From the NCBI GenBank assembly GCA_017477845.1, contig JAFUTR010000017.1, forward strand, positions 64,447-128,446: DNA of 64,000 bases, written 5' to 3'. Below are positions 18,808 through 27,565 of this stretch, one piece after another (within the stretch, counting starts at the first letter, position 1; each line of letters starts with the position of its first letter). A model generated the notes under the pieces. The model was not told the DNA's origin, searched no databases, and saw nothing but the letters and a program-made list of their open reading frames with translations. Source of the stretch: Bacilli bacterium. GTDB taxonomy: Bacteria; Bacillota_I; Bacilli_A; RF39; UBA660. The position numbers and the translations under genes are program-made.

Positions 18808-19593
18808 ATGGGAAAAATGATAGCACTTGTTAATCAAAAAGGTGGAGTTGGAAAAACTACTACAAGTATAAATCTATCTGCATCTTTAGCATATTTAGGT
18901 AAAAAAGTATTACTTTTAGATTTGGATCCGCAAGGAAATTCAACTACAGGAATAGGTATGAATAAAGGAGATATTGATAAAACAATATATGATGTTTTAA
19001 TTGGTAAATGCACAATTGAAGAGGCAATTATCCATACTGATTATAAAAGACTTGATTTACTTGCTGCAACAGTTAATTTAAGTGGATTGGAAACAGAATT
19101 TTTTGAAAAATCTAAAGAAGAACCTAATTTTGTTAAAGGAGCACAATTAAAGAATAAAATAGAAACAATTCGTGATAAATATGATTATATTATTGTTGAT
19201 TGTCCACCAACATTAAGTATTATTACAATTAATGCTTTAACAGCATCTAATTCTGTTATAATTCCTGTTCAATGTGAATTTCTAGCGCTCGAAGGAATTA
19301 TGCAATTACTTAATACAATTATGATGGCTCAAAAACAATTAAATCCATCTTTAGAAATAGAAGGAGTTTTACTAACGATGCTTGATTCAAGAGCTAATTT
19401 AGGATTTGAAGTAGTTGAAGAAATTAGAAAGTATTTTAAAGAAAGAGTTTATAATACAATTATTCCAAGACTTGTTAGACTTGCAGAATGTCCGTCTCAT
19501 GGAAAACCTATTTTAGCATATGATCCAAAGTGCAGGGCAACAGATGCCTATATAAATTTAGCAAAGGAAGTGATTGAAAGAAATGGACAATAA
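18808..19593 (+). CDS. soj: Chromosome partitioning ATPase ParA/Soj
   Basis: 261 aa with the deviant Walker A NQKGGVGKTT. Confidence 0.95.
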   Translation: MGKMIALVNQKGGVGKTTTSINLSASLAYLGKKVLLLDLDPQGNSTTGIGMNKGDIDKTIYDVLIGKCTIEEAIIHTDYKRLDLLAATVNLSGLETEFFEKSKEEPNFVKGAQLKNKIETIRDKYDYIIVDCPPTLSIITINALTASNSVIIPVQCEFLALEGIMQLLNTIMMAQKQLNPSLEIEGVLLTMLDSRANLGFEVVEEIRKYFKERVYNTIIPRLVRLAECPSHGKPILAYDPKCRATDAYINLAKEVIERNGQ

Positions 19594-20470
19594 TAATTAT
19601 AAAAGAAGAGCTTTAGGAAAAGGGCTTGAAGAATTATTCAATAATGAACAAATTAATTTTGATTCAATAGAAGAGAAAATACTTGATTCTTCTTCAGTTG
19701 ATGAAGTAGTTGAACTTCCAATTGATGAATTAAGACCAAATCCTTATCAGCCAAGAAAAGTTTTTGATGAAGATAAGTTAAATGAACTTGCTGAGTCAAT
19801 TAAAGAACATGGAGTATTCCAACCTATTATAGTTAAAAAAAGTTCAATAAAAGGGTATGAAATAATAGCTGGAGAAAGAAGAGTTAAAGCTTGTAAAATA
19901 GCAGGTCTTGATAAAATACCTGCAATTATCAGAGATTTTAGTGAGCAACAAATGATGGAGATTGCTCTTCTTGAAAACTTACAAAGAGAAAATTTAAACT
20001 CTATTGAAGAGGCTATGGCATACAGAAGTTTATTAGATGCTATGGGAGTTACTCAAGAAGAACTAGCTAATAGATTAGGAAAAAGTAGAAGTCATATAAC
20101 AAATATGCTTGGACTATTGAATTTACCTGAAGAAGTAAAAGATATGATAATAGATGAAAAAATATCTATGAGTCATGCAAGGGTGCTTAGTAAAATGGGG
20201 AATAAAGAAGATATAATAGCACTTGCAAATAAAATTGTTGAAGAAAACTTAAATGTAAGAGATTTAGAAAATTTTTCAAAAAATGAAGAAATAGAAAAAG
20301 TTCATAAGAATAAACCAAGAACTACTAATAATGAATACCAATATGTACAAAATATAATGTGTGAAAAATTAGGAACTAAAGTAAAGATTAGTTCAAATAA
20401 AATTAATATTTCTTTTAATAATATTAATGACTTAAATAGAATTCTAGAAATATTAAATATAAGTGAGTAG
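19583..20470 (+). CDS. spo0J: Chromosome partitioning protein ParB/Spo0J
   Basis: RALGKGLEELF N-terminus, RPNPYQPRK, GERRVKA, and an HTH. I prefer ATG at 19583 over the track start TTG at 19574. Confidence 0.93.
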   Translation: MDNNNYKRRALGKGLEELFNNEQINFDSIEEKILDSSSVDEVVELPIDELRPNPYQPRKVFDEDKLNELAESIKEHGVFQPIIVKKSSIKGYEIIAGERRVKACKIAGLDKIPAIIRDFSEQQMMEIALLENLQRENLNSIEEAMAYRSLLDAMGVTQEELANRLGKSRSHITNMLGLLNLPEEVKDMIIDEKISMSHARVLSKMGNKEDIIALANKIVEENLNVRDLENFSKNEEIEKVHKNKPRTTNNEYQYVQNIMCEKLGTKVKISSNKINISFNNINDLNRILEILNISE

Positions 20471-20473
20471 AAT

Positions 20474-20659
20474 ATGAATGAGAATAAAATAATAGTTGGA
20501 AGTATTGTTACAATGAAAAAAGGACATCCATGTGGTGAAAACTTATGGGAAGTTATTAGAGTTGGTGCAGATATGAAGTTAAAATGTGTTAAATGCTCGA
20601 GAATAGTAATGATGCCAAGAGTTGAATTTAACAAAAAAATAAAGAAATTTGTTAAGTAG
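20474..20659 (+). CDS. DUF951 family small protein (YyzM-like)
   Basis: 61 aa. MKKGHPCG...W.V.R.GADMKLKC..C motif. Typical neighbour of spo0J in Bacillota. Confidence 0.75.
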   Translation: MNENKIIVGSIVTMKKGHPCGENLWEVIRVGADMKLKCVKCSRIVMMPRVEFNKKIKKFVK

Positions 20660-20667
20660 GTGAATTT

Positions 20668-22263
20668 ATGATTAATAAAAAGAAAATTCATTTAAGAAAA
20701 ATATCATTTCATCCAGTTACAATGTTTATAGTACTTACTTTATTGGTAATGTTACTTAGTTCAGTATTATCATTTTTGCAAATTCAAGCTAATTATTCTA
20801 AAATTAATACATCTGGAAATCTAGAAAGTGTTTTAGTTGTAGTTGAAAACATGTTTAACTATGAAGGATTTAAATATTTAATAAGTAATGCTGCAAAGAA
20901 CTTTGCATCATTTACTCCTCTTAGTACCTTATTAATAGCATTAATTGGATTATCTGTTGCTCATGCAAGTGGGTTTATTGATACATTTATAAAAAAGAGA
21001 ACTTTAAAGATTAATAACAAAGTTATAACATTTTTTATAATATTTATTGCTACTATTTCAAGTATAATTAATGAAGTAGGTTATGTGATATTAATACCTC
21101 TTTCTGCACTTATTTTCTTAGCAAATGGTAGGAATCCACTTCTTGGAATTGTTGCAAGTTACTCTGGAGTTGCTTTTGGGTATGGAGTTAGTATTTTTGC
21201 AGGAAGTGCAGAAATAAATTTGATTCCATATACAGAACAAGCTGCAAGGTTAATCGATAATACATATCATGTTAGTATCTTATCAAATTTAATAATAATA
21301 ATTATTTCTTCAATTGTATTATCAATAGTAGGCACCTATGTAATAGAAAGAATTATAAGTAATAAAATTGGTAAATATAGAATTCTTAGTGATGAAAAAG
21401 ATTCTGTTACAAAGGAAATCAGATTATCTGATGTGGTAGAAGAAGAGCAAAAAAGACTAGAAGAAGAAGCAATGGAGAAAAAAGGGTTACGAAATGCTAT
21501 GATTACATTTATTATATTTATACTTTTATTTATTTATATGCTTATTCCTGGACTTCCTTTAAGCGGGTTACTTCTAGATATGAATGAGAAAGCGTATATT
21601 AGGCAATTATTTGGAGAAAATGCATACTTCCAAGAAGGATTTACTTTCTTAATTTCAATTTTATTTTTAGTAATTGGTATTGCATATGGGATTGGAGCAA
21701 AATCAATTAAAAGTGATAAAGATTTAATCGATAAAGTTGCTGTTTATTTAAAAGATACAGGATATTTATTTGTACTTATATTCTTTGCTTCACAATTTAT
21801 TGCAGTTTTTAAGAAAACAAATATTGGCACTGTAATAGTAGCATTTTCATCTGAAACCATTAGGAATCTTCCTTTTGGTGGATTACCTTTAATAATTACA
21901 ATATTAATTCTTATGGCAATTTCAGGATTTTTTGTAACAACGCAAATTTCTAAATGGTCAATTTTCGCACCAACTGTTGTACCATTATTAATGCAAAATA
22001 ATATATCACCACAATTTGCACAATTTATTTTTAGAGCAGCAGATTCAATGGCTAAAGGATTTACTCCACTTTTAGCATATTTTGTTATTTACTTAGGATA
22101 CTTAAACGTTTATAATACTGAGAAAGAGCCAGTAACGATAAAAAAGGCACTTTCATTTGTTTCTCCATATTTCTTAATTATAGGATTTACTTGGATTATG
22201 ATAGTGGCACTTACTTATATTATTGGTATACCAATAGGACCTGGAATTTCTCCAGTTCTGTAA
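20668..22263 (+). CDS. AbgT family transporter (p-aminobenzoyl-glutamate transporter family)
   Basis: 531 aa, polytopic. The N-terminal HPVTMFIVLT region and overall architecture resemble AbgT/MtrF/YdaH. Confidence 0.7.
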   Translation: MINKKKIHLRKISFHPVTMFIVLTLLVMLLSSVLSFLQIQANYSKINTSGNLESVLVVVENMFNYEGFKYLISNAAKNFASFTPLSTLLIALIGLSVAHASGFIDTFIKKRTLKINNKVITFFIIFIATISSIINEVGYVILIPLSALIFLANGRNPLLGIVASYSGVAFGYGVSIFAGSAEINLIPYTEQAARLIDNTYHVSILSNLIIIIISSIVLSIVGTYVIERIISNKIGKYRILSDEKDSVTKEIRLSDVVEEEQKRLEEEAMEKKGLRNAMITFIIFILLFIYMLIPGLPLSGLLLDMNEKAYIRQLFGENAYFQEGFTFLISILFLVIGIAYGIGAKSIKSDKDLIDKVAVYLKDTGYLFVLIFFASQFIAVFKKTNIGTVIVAFSSETIRNLPFGGLPLIITILILMAISGFFVTTQISKWSIFAPTVVPLLMQNNISPQFAQFIFRAADSMAKGFTPLLAYFVIYLGYLNVYNTEKEPVTIKKALSFVSPYFLIIGFTWIMIVALTYIIGIPIGPGISPVL

Positions 22264-22275
22264 AGGAGTGATAAA

Positions 22276-23373
22276 ATGAGTTTAAAAGCTGGGATAGTAG
22301 GACTTCCTAATGTTGGAAAGTCTACTTTATTCAATGCAATAACAAAACAAAATATTTTAGCGGCAAATTATCCTTTTGCTACTATAGAACCTAATGTTGG
22401 TGTAGTTGTGGTTAAGGATCATAGATTAGATCGATTAACTGAAATATATAATCCTCAAAGGACAATTCCAACATCATATGAATTTACTGATATAGCAGGA
22501 CTTGTTAAAGGTGCATCAACTGGAGAAGGTCTTGGTAATAAGTTTTTATCTCATATTAGAGAAGTAGATGCAATTGTAGAAGTTGTAAGATGTTTTGAAG
22601 ACAATAATATTATTCATGTAGATAGTAAGATTGATCCTGTAAATGATATCGAAGTTATAAATTTAGAGTTATCTTTATCAGACTTGGAGATTATTAATTC
22701 AAGAATAGATAAAATTAAAAAGAAAGCAGAAACAAATAGAGATAAGGATGCATTATTTGAATATCAAATATTATTAAAAGCAAAAGAATCACTAGAAAAT
22801 GGTGTTGCTTTAAGACGCGTGTCTTTTACAAAAGAAGAAAAAGTATATTTAAAAAGTTTTTGTTTACTTACTATGAAGCCAATAATATATCTTGCTAATG
22901 TAAAAGAAGATGAATTACTTGGAGATAATAAATATGTAAAAGAAGTTAAAGAATATGCTAAAAATGAAGAAGCTAAGGTAGTTAAAGCATGCGCTAAAAT
23001 GGAAGCTGATTTAAGTGACTTATCAGATGATGAGAAAAAAGAGATGCTAGAGTCTATTGGTGTAGAAGAAAGTGGATTAGATCAACTTATAAAAGCTACT
23101 TATGACTTATTAGGACTTTCGACATATTTTACTGGTGGAAGTGATGAAGTAAGAGCATGGACATTTAAAAATGGAATGAATGCAAAAGAATGTGCTGGTA
23201 TAATTCATACTGATTTTGAAAAAGGATTTATTAAGGCTGAAATAATGTCTTATGAAGATTTAGATAAATATGGAAGTGAGTTAAAAGTAAAAGAAGCTGG
23301 TAAGACACGTCTTGAAGGAAAAGATTATTTAATGCAAGATGGAGACATTTGTTATTTTAGATTTAATGTATAG
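22276..23373 (+). CDS. ychF: Redox-regulated ATPase YchF
   Basis: 365 aa. GLPNVGKSTLFNA, C-terminal TGS domain, and the ending DGDICYFRFNV. Confidence 0.96.
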   Translation: MSLKAGIVGLPNVGKSTLFNAITKQNILAANYPFATIEPNVGVVVVKDHRLDRLTEIYNPQRTIPTSYEFTDIAGLVKGASTGEGLGNKFLSHIREVDAIVEVVRCFEDNNIIHVDSKIDPVNDIEVINLELSLSDLEIINSRIDKIKKKAETNRDKDALFEYQILLKAKESLENGVALRRVSFTKEEKVYLKSFCLLTMKPIIYLANVKEDELLGDNKYVKEVKEYAKNEEAKVVKACAKMEADLSDLSDDEKKEMLESIGVEESGLDQLIKATYDLLGLSTYFTGGSDEVRAWTFKNGMNAKECAGIIHTDFEKGFIKAEIMSYEDLDKYGSELKVKEAGKTRLEGKDYLMQDGDICYFRFNV

Positions 23374-23396
23374 AGGTTTATTTATAAGCCTCTTTT
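23372..23396 (+). terminator. Intrinsic terminator after ychF
   Basis: AGAGGTTTA-ttta-TAAGCCTCT (one G-U pair) followed by TTTT. Confidence 0.6.
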
Positions 23397-23421
23397 ATTG
23401 TATAATAAAGTAGGTGATAGA

Positions 23422-24126
23422 ATGAGTCCTGTAATTGGAATAGTGTTAAGAGTAGAGTATCCAGGAAATACAAACAATTTAATAGTAAATGAAGAATATA
23501 GAAATGCAATTATTAAAAATGGAGCAATACCTTTAGGAATACTTCCTCCACAAACAATAAATTATACAAGTGTTAAATATAATGATCAGGAAGAATTAAC
23601 TAAAAAAGAAAAAAATATTATAATTAGGCAGATTAAGATGTGTGATGGTGTTTTACTTCCTGGAGGTTTTAAAATAAATAAGTATGATAGATTTATTCTT
23701 GAGTATTTAATAAAAGAAGATATACCGACTCTTGGTATATGTTTAGGAATGCAAGTTATGTCAAACTATAAAAGAGAAAATCTTTGGAATGAAAGAAATA
23801 GCAGTTTGATTAATCATAAAGGAGAGGGATATATGCATTCAGTTACTTTAGATAAATCAAGTAAACTATATTCAATAATAAAAAAAGAAAAATTTGAAGT
23901 AACTAGTAGGCATAATTATCATGTATTGCCTAACGATTATTACGATATAGTAGGAGTTTCTTCTGATAATTATATTGAAGCAATAGAAATGAAAAATCAA
24001 AATTATCATATAGGAATACAATGGCATCCTGAAAGTATTGCTGATGATATAAGTAAGAAAATATTTAACTCTTTTATAAAGGCATGTTCTTTAAATGATA
24101 AAAAAGAAAAAAGTGATAAAAAGTAA
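23422..24126 (+). CDS. Peptidase C26 / class I glutamine amidotransferase-like gamma-glutamyl hydrolase family protein
   Basis: Nucleophile elbow LGICLGMQ and the His-Glu motif IGIQWHPE. I prefer ATG at 23422 after TAGGTGA. Confidence 0.8.
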   Translation: MSPVIGIVLRVEYPGNTNNLIVNEEYRNAIIKNGAIPLGILPPQTINYTSVKYNDQEELTKKEKNIIIRQIKMCDGVLLPGGFKINKYDRFILEYLIKEDIPTLGICLGMQVMSNYKRENLWNERNSSLINHKGEGYMHSVTLDKSSKLYSIIKKEKFEVTSRHNYHVLPNDYYDIVGVSSDNYIEAIEMKNQNYHIGIQWHPESIADDISKKIFNSFIKACSLNDKKEKSDKK

Positions 24127-24216
24127 AACTATTAATAATAAACACACACTTAGCATATTAAAAGTGTAATGTCAATTCAAAAAAAAGATTTTATTACTTT
24201 TTGAAATAGAATAAAT

Positions 24217-24232
24217 TGTAAAATATTTTACA
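24217..24232. promoter_or_regulatory. Perfect 16-bp palindrome TGTAAAATATTTTACA (candidate operator)
   Basis: Read directly from the sequence. It lies in the 220-bp spacer about 115 nt upstream of the GTG at 24347. Confidence 0.4.
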
Positions 24233-24346
24233 TTAATTAATTACAAAAAAATGACAATTTTTAGTCTAATAGTTTTAAATATAGATAAAGAAATGTTATT
24301 ATTGTCAGTCTTTATGATAAAATTATAAGAAAGTAGGTGATTGTAA

Positions 24347-24955
24347 GTGGAAGTTGAAAGTAATAACAAAAATTTTTATTCTTTTTATAAAACTTACAAC
24401 AATAATAATAAAAAGCAACACATAATTATAGCAGGAGCTGCGAGAAGTGGGAAAACAACATTATCATTAATGCTTAATAATTACGGATATACTCATTACA
24501 AAATGGATTCAATTAAAAGGGGAATTTGTGAATCATTTAATTTAAAATATAATGATTGGGAAAGTGTATCTCCAATTATGTGTAGAATTATTAATAGAAT
24601 AATAATAGATAATAGTACAGATACAAATTATTTAAAAGAAAAATATTTATTTGATACTCCATTTTTATATCCTAAAGATATAGAACTTATTGATACTAGT
24701 AATACTAAAGTAATATTTATGGGTTATAAAGACATAGATCCATTATTAGAAGTTAAACTTATTAGGGAAAATGATGAAGAAAATTTTTGGACTAAAAAAA
24801 TAAGTGATGATGAATTACTTAAATGGGCTAAAGATAATATAGAATTTTCAAAGTATTTAGAAAGTGAATGTAATAGATTAAACATTCCATATTTTGATAC
24901 ATCATATGACAGAAATAACGTTTTGAAAGAAGCACTTGAATATTTAATAAAATAA
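24347..24955 (+). CDS. P-loop NTPase / small-molecule kinase-like protein of unknown specificity
   Basis: 202 aa. Walker A AGAARSGKTT. GTG start after AGGTGA. The size and layout resemble nucleoside/nucleotide kinases, but the family was not recognised. Confidence 0.7.
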   Translation: MEVESNNKNFYSFYKTYNNNNKKQHIIIAGAARSGKTTLSLMLNNYGYTHYKMDSIKRGICESFNLKYNDWESVSPIMCRIINRIIIDNSTDTNYLKEKYLFDTPFLYPKDIELIDTSNTKVIFMGYKDIDPLLEVKLIRENDEENFWTKKISDDELLKWAKDNIEFSKYLESECNRLNIPYFDTSYDRNNVLKEALEYLIK

Positions 24956-24974
24956 AAAGTAGTAGGAGTAAGTT

Positions 24975-26048
24975 ATGAATGATTTGAAATTAATTGTAAT
25001 GCAAAATATTGATGAGATTGGTAAAGAAGTAGACGATTATCTAAAGAAAATGAATAGACAAGAAAAGTCTTATATGATGGACTTTAATTCTTTTAGATTT
25101 AATAATGGCGAGGGGAAAGTAACTATTAATGAAACAGTAAGAGATAAAGATGTTTTTATTTTAAGTGATGTTGGAAATTATAGTATTACTTATGAAATGC
25201 ATGGATTTAAAGTTCATATGAGTCCTGATGAACATTTTCAAGATATTAAAAGGTGTATTAGTGCTTTATCTGGTTATGCTAGAAGAATTACTATTATTAC
25301 ACCACTATTGTATCAATCAAGACAAGATAAAAGAAAAGGAAAAGAGTCACTAGATTGCGCAATTGCTTTACAAGAACTTGAAAGATTAAATATTGACCAT
25401 ATTATTACATTTGATTGCCATGAAAGAAAAGTTGCAAATGCGATACCTAACTTACCTTTTGAAAATTTTTATCCAACTAATATTATTCTTGAAGAGTTAA
25501 TTCAAAAAGAAGATATAATTGATAACTTATTAGTAATAAGTCCTGATATGGGTGCAATGGAGCGAGCACGATATTATGCAGATATGTTATCAAGTGATGT
25601 TGGAATGTTTTACAAGCGTCGTGATTTAACTAGAATAATTAATGGTAAAAATCCAATTGTTGAGCATGCTTATATGGGTGCAGATGTTAAGGATAAAAAT
25701 GTTATTGTTGTAGATGATTTGATTGCTAGTGGTTCATCAATGATAGAAGTTGGTGCTAAATTAAGAGAAAAAGGTGCTAAAAAGATATTCTTTATAACAA
25801 CATTTTCATTGTTTACTGAAGGAATTAATGTATTTAAAGATGCTTATAAGAAAAAATATTTTGATAAATTATATACGACAAATTTAACTTATATTCCTAA
25901 AGAATTTAGTAAATATAAATGGATGAATGTAGTTAATTGTTCAAAAAGAATTGCTGAGATTATTGACTATATACATGAAGGAAAATCTTTAAAGAAGATA
26001 GTACATGGTAATGATAGAATAATTGAATTATTAAATAAGAAAAAATAA
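24975..26048 (+). CDS. prs: Divergent ribose-phosphate pyrophosphokinase (Prs) family protein
   Basis: 357 aa. FNNGEG (vs FSDGE), RQDKRK (vs RQDRK), SPDMGA (vs SPDxGG), and the PRPP loop VVDDLIASGSSM. The HAPQIQGFF region is replaced by HERKVANAIP. Insertions make it about 40 aa longer than B. subtilis Prs. Confidence 0.75.
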   Translation: MNDLKLIVMQNIDEIGKEVDDYLKKMNRQEKSYMMDFNSFRFNNGEGKVTINETVRDKDVFILSDVGNYSITYEMHGFKVHMSPDEHFQDIKRCISALSGYARRITIITPLLYQSRQDKRKGKESLDCAIALQELERLNIDHIITFDCHERKVANAIPNLPFENFYPTNIILEELIQKEDIIDNLLVISPDMGAMERARYYADMLSSDVGMFYKRRDLTRIINGKNPIVEHAYMGADVKDKNVIVVDDLIASGSSMIEVGAKLREKGAKKIFFITTFSLFTEGINVFKDAYKKKYFDKLYTTNLTYIPKEFSKYKWMNVVNCSKRIAEIIDYIHEGKSLKKIVHGNDRIIELLNKKK

Positions 26049-26058
26049 TGGAGGTTGT

Positions 26059-26535
26059 ATGAAAGAATTAGTTGATTTTTTGATAAATAATAGAAAGACT
26101 ATATCAACAATGGAAAGTTGTACTGGTGGATATATTGTTTCAGAAATAACTAATATAGAAGGATCTAGTGAAGTATTAAAGTATAGTGCTGTTACTTATT
26201 CTAATGAATATAAAATTAAAATGGGTGTTAGTAAGAAAATAATAGATAGGTATTCAGTTTATAGTATGGAAACCGCAAAAGAAATGAGTCGTGTTATTTC
26301 TAATTATACTAATTCTTCGTATGGAATTGGTGTTACTGGTAAATTAAATAGGATAGATATAAATAATAATTATGGAAATGATAATGAAGTATTTATAAGT
26401 ATTTATGATAGAGATAATAATAGGTATTATACAGATAGTTTAAAAGTAACTAATAGTAGTAGAATAAAAAATAAAAAAGAAGTATGTAATAAGTTAATAG
26501 AATTATTTAAGCGTAATAATGGAGGAAGTAGATGA
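26059..26535 (+). CDS. CinA C-terminal domain protein / nicotinamide-nucleotide amidohydrolase PncC-like
   Basis: 158 aa. Signature TISTMESCTGGYI and GIGVTG. Confidence 0.8.
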   Translation: MKELVDFLINNRKTISTMESCTGGYIVSEITNIEGSSEVLKYSAVTYSNEYKIKMGVSKKIIDRYSVYSMETAKEMSRVISNYTNSSYGIGVTGKLNRIDINNNYGNDNEVFISIYDRDNNRYYTDSLKVTNSSRIKNKKEVCNKLIELFKRNNGGSR

Positions 26536-26822
26536 AGAAGGAATTTATTAGAATAGTATTTTTACTTACAATTCTTGCTGCTTTAACATTTATTATTTAT
26601 TTAATTTTTATTTCTATTAATTCTGAAAAATTAGTATGTAAATCATCTAATGGATCAATTACAATTATGTATGATGATGAAACAATAACGGGATATACAG
26701 TTAAAAATATTAATTTTAACGAAGAAGAAGCTAAGGAATACATTAAAAAAGTTGGTATTAAAAAGTACTTAGAAGAATTTAAATTAACATTTGAATATTA
26801 TTATAATGGGACTTGCAAATAG
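26532..26822 (+). CDS. Small N-terminally anchored membrane protein
   Basis: 96 aa. ATGA overlap with the upstream stop, a GGAGGA SD, and one TM helix. Confidence 0.6.
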   Translation: MKKEFIRIVFLLTILAALTFIIYLIFISINSEKLVCKSSNGSITIMYDDETITGYTVKNINFNEEEAKEYIKKVGIKKYLEEFKLTFEYYYNGTCK

Positions 26823-26863
26823 CCCCCTTTTTTTATAAAATAAAAATATAATAGGAGGATAAA

Positions 26864-27145
26864 ATGGAAGAAGAAAAGGAAGTAAAAGAAGTTAATGAAA
26901 ATGGAAAGAAAAGTAAAGGAAATAAAGTATTCATTGTTGAAATCATTATCATCTCATTATTTTTAGCATTTGGAAGTGGATTTATTTTAAGGGATAGATT
27001 AGGAAAAGATAATAAAGAATGCACTGTAGTTAAAGAAAAAAGTGAAGATAATGATATTAAAGTTGATGAAAATGATGTAGAAAAAAAAGACAATAATGAA
27101 ACTGAAGAGAATAGCATAGATGTAGATAACAAAAAAGATAATTAA
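26864..27145 (+). CDS. Small single-pass membrane protein with acidic/basic tails
   Basis: 93 aa. AGGAGGA SD, a central TM helix, and K/E/D-rich flanks. Confidence 0.6.
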   Translation: MEEEKEVKEVNENGKKSKGNKVFIVEIIIISLFLAFGSGFILRDRLGKDNKECTVVKEKSEDNDIKVDENDVEKKDNNETEENSIDVDNKKDN

Positions 27146-27156
27146 TAAATAATGTT

Positions 27157-27188
27157 AAGAAAGAACTTTACAAATTCTTTCTTTTTTG
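27157..27188 (+). terminator. Intrinsic terminator upstream of rpsF
   Basis: AAGAAAGAA-ctttacaaa-TTCTTTCTT followed by a T-run. Confidence 0.7.
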
Positions 27189-27259
27189 TTATATTACTTA
27201 CGAGTATTTTTAATACTCCTTGCCAGTATATGGCCAATAGTCCAAAAGGAGGTGTAAAG

Positions 27260-27550
27260 ATGAACAAATATGAATTAATCTTTATAGTTAAACCTGATTT
27301 AGAAGAATCTCAAATCAAAGGTGTTAATGATTCTATCAAAGCTATGCTTCTAGAAAAGAAAGCTAATATTCTTGAAGCAAAAGAGTGGGGTCAAAAAGAA
27401 CTTGCCTATGAAATTAACAAATACAAAACAGGTTATTATTTCTATTACTTAATTGAAGAAAAAGGTTCAAAAGCTGAAAAAGAATTCAACCGTGTTGCTT
27501 TAATTAATGAAAATATTATTCGTCACATAACTGTTAAAGTAGAAGAATAA
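27260..27550 (+). CDS. rpsF: 30S ribosomal protein S6
   Basis: MNKYELIFIVKPDL N-terminus. ATG at 27260 after AAGGAGGTG. The track ORF start at 27152 would include a terminator and promoter. Confidence 0.95.
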   Translation: MNKYELIFIVKPDLEESQIKGVNDSIKAMLLEKKANILEAKEWGQKELAYEINKYKTGYYFYYLIEEKGSKAEKEFNRVALINENIIRHITVKVEE

Positions 27551-27565
27551 GAAATGAGGTAATAT

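Noticed and set aside
20302-20691. 129-aa minus-strand ORF across the spo0J end, DUF951 and the AbgT start
   Set aside because: It overlaps three well-supported plus-strand genes and has no SD. It is an AT-rich mirror-frame artefact.
24250-24327. 25-codon hydrophobic ORF (MTIFSLIVLNIDKEMLLLSVFMIKL) in the spacer before the P-loop gene
   Set aside because: It has no SD and sits in AT-rich sequence where such ORFs occur by chance. It is kept only as a remote leader-peptide possibility.
24975-26048. The idea that the Prs-like gene is a phage-type ADP-ribose pyrophosphokinase of an NAD-reconstitution pathway
   Set aside because: There is no Nampt-like or nicotinamide-transferase partner, no phage genes and no defence genes nearby. 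The sequence keeps most Prs catalytic motifs, so ordinary or variant PRPP synthesis is the more parsimonious explanation. The idea is left as something to test, not claimed.
26833-27132. 99-aa minus-strand ORF overlapping the 26864..27145 plus-strand ORF
   Set aside because: The plus-strand ORF has a strong AGGAGGA SD, fits the co-directional gene organisation, and encodes a sensible TM protein. The minus ORF is a Ser/Leu/Phe-rich mirror product.
27152-27259. N-terminal 36-codon extension of the rpsF ORF in the track
   Set aside because: The extension spans an intrinsic terminator (27157-27188) and a likely promoter. A canonical S6 N-terminus begins at ATG 27260 behind AAGGAGGTG. Similar upstream extensions were trimmed for mnmE, uvrA, rplK, clpC-like, ftsE, ftsX, spo0J, noc, the C26 gene and the permease gene.
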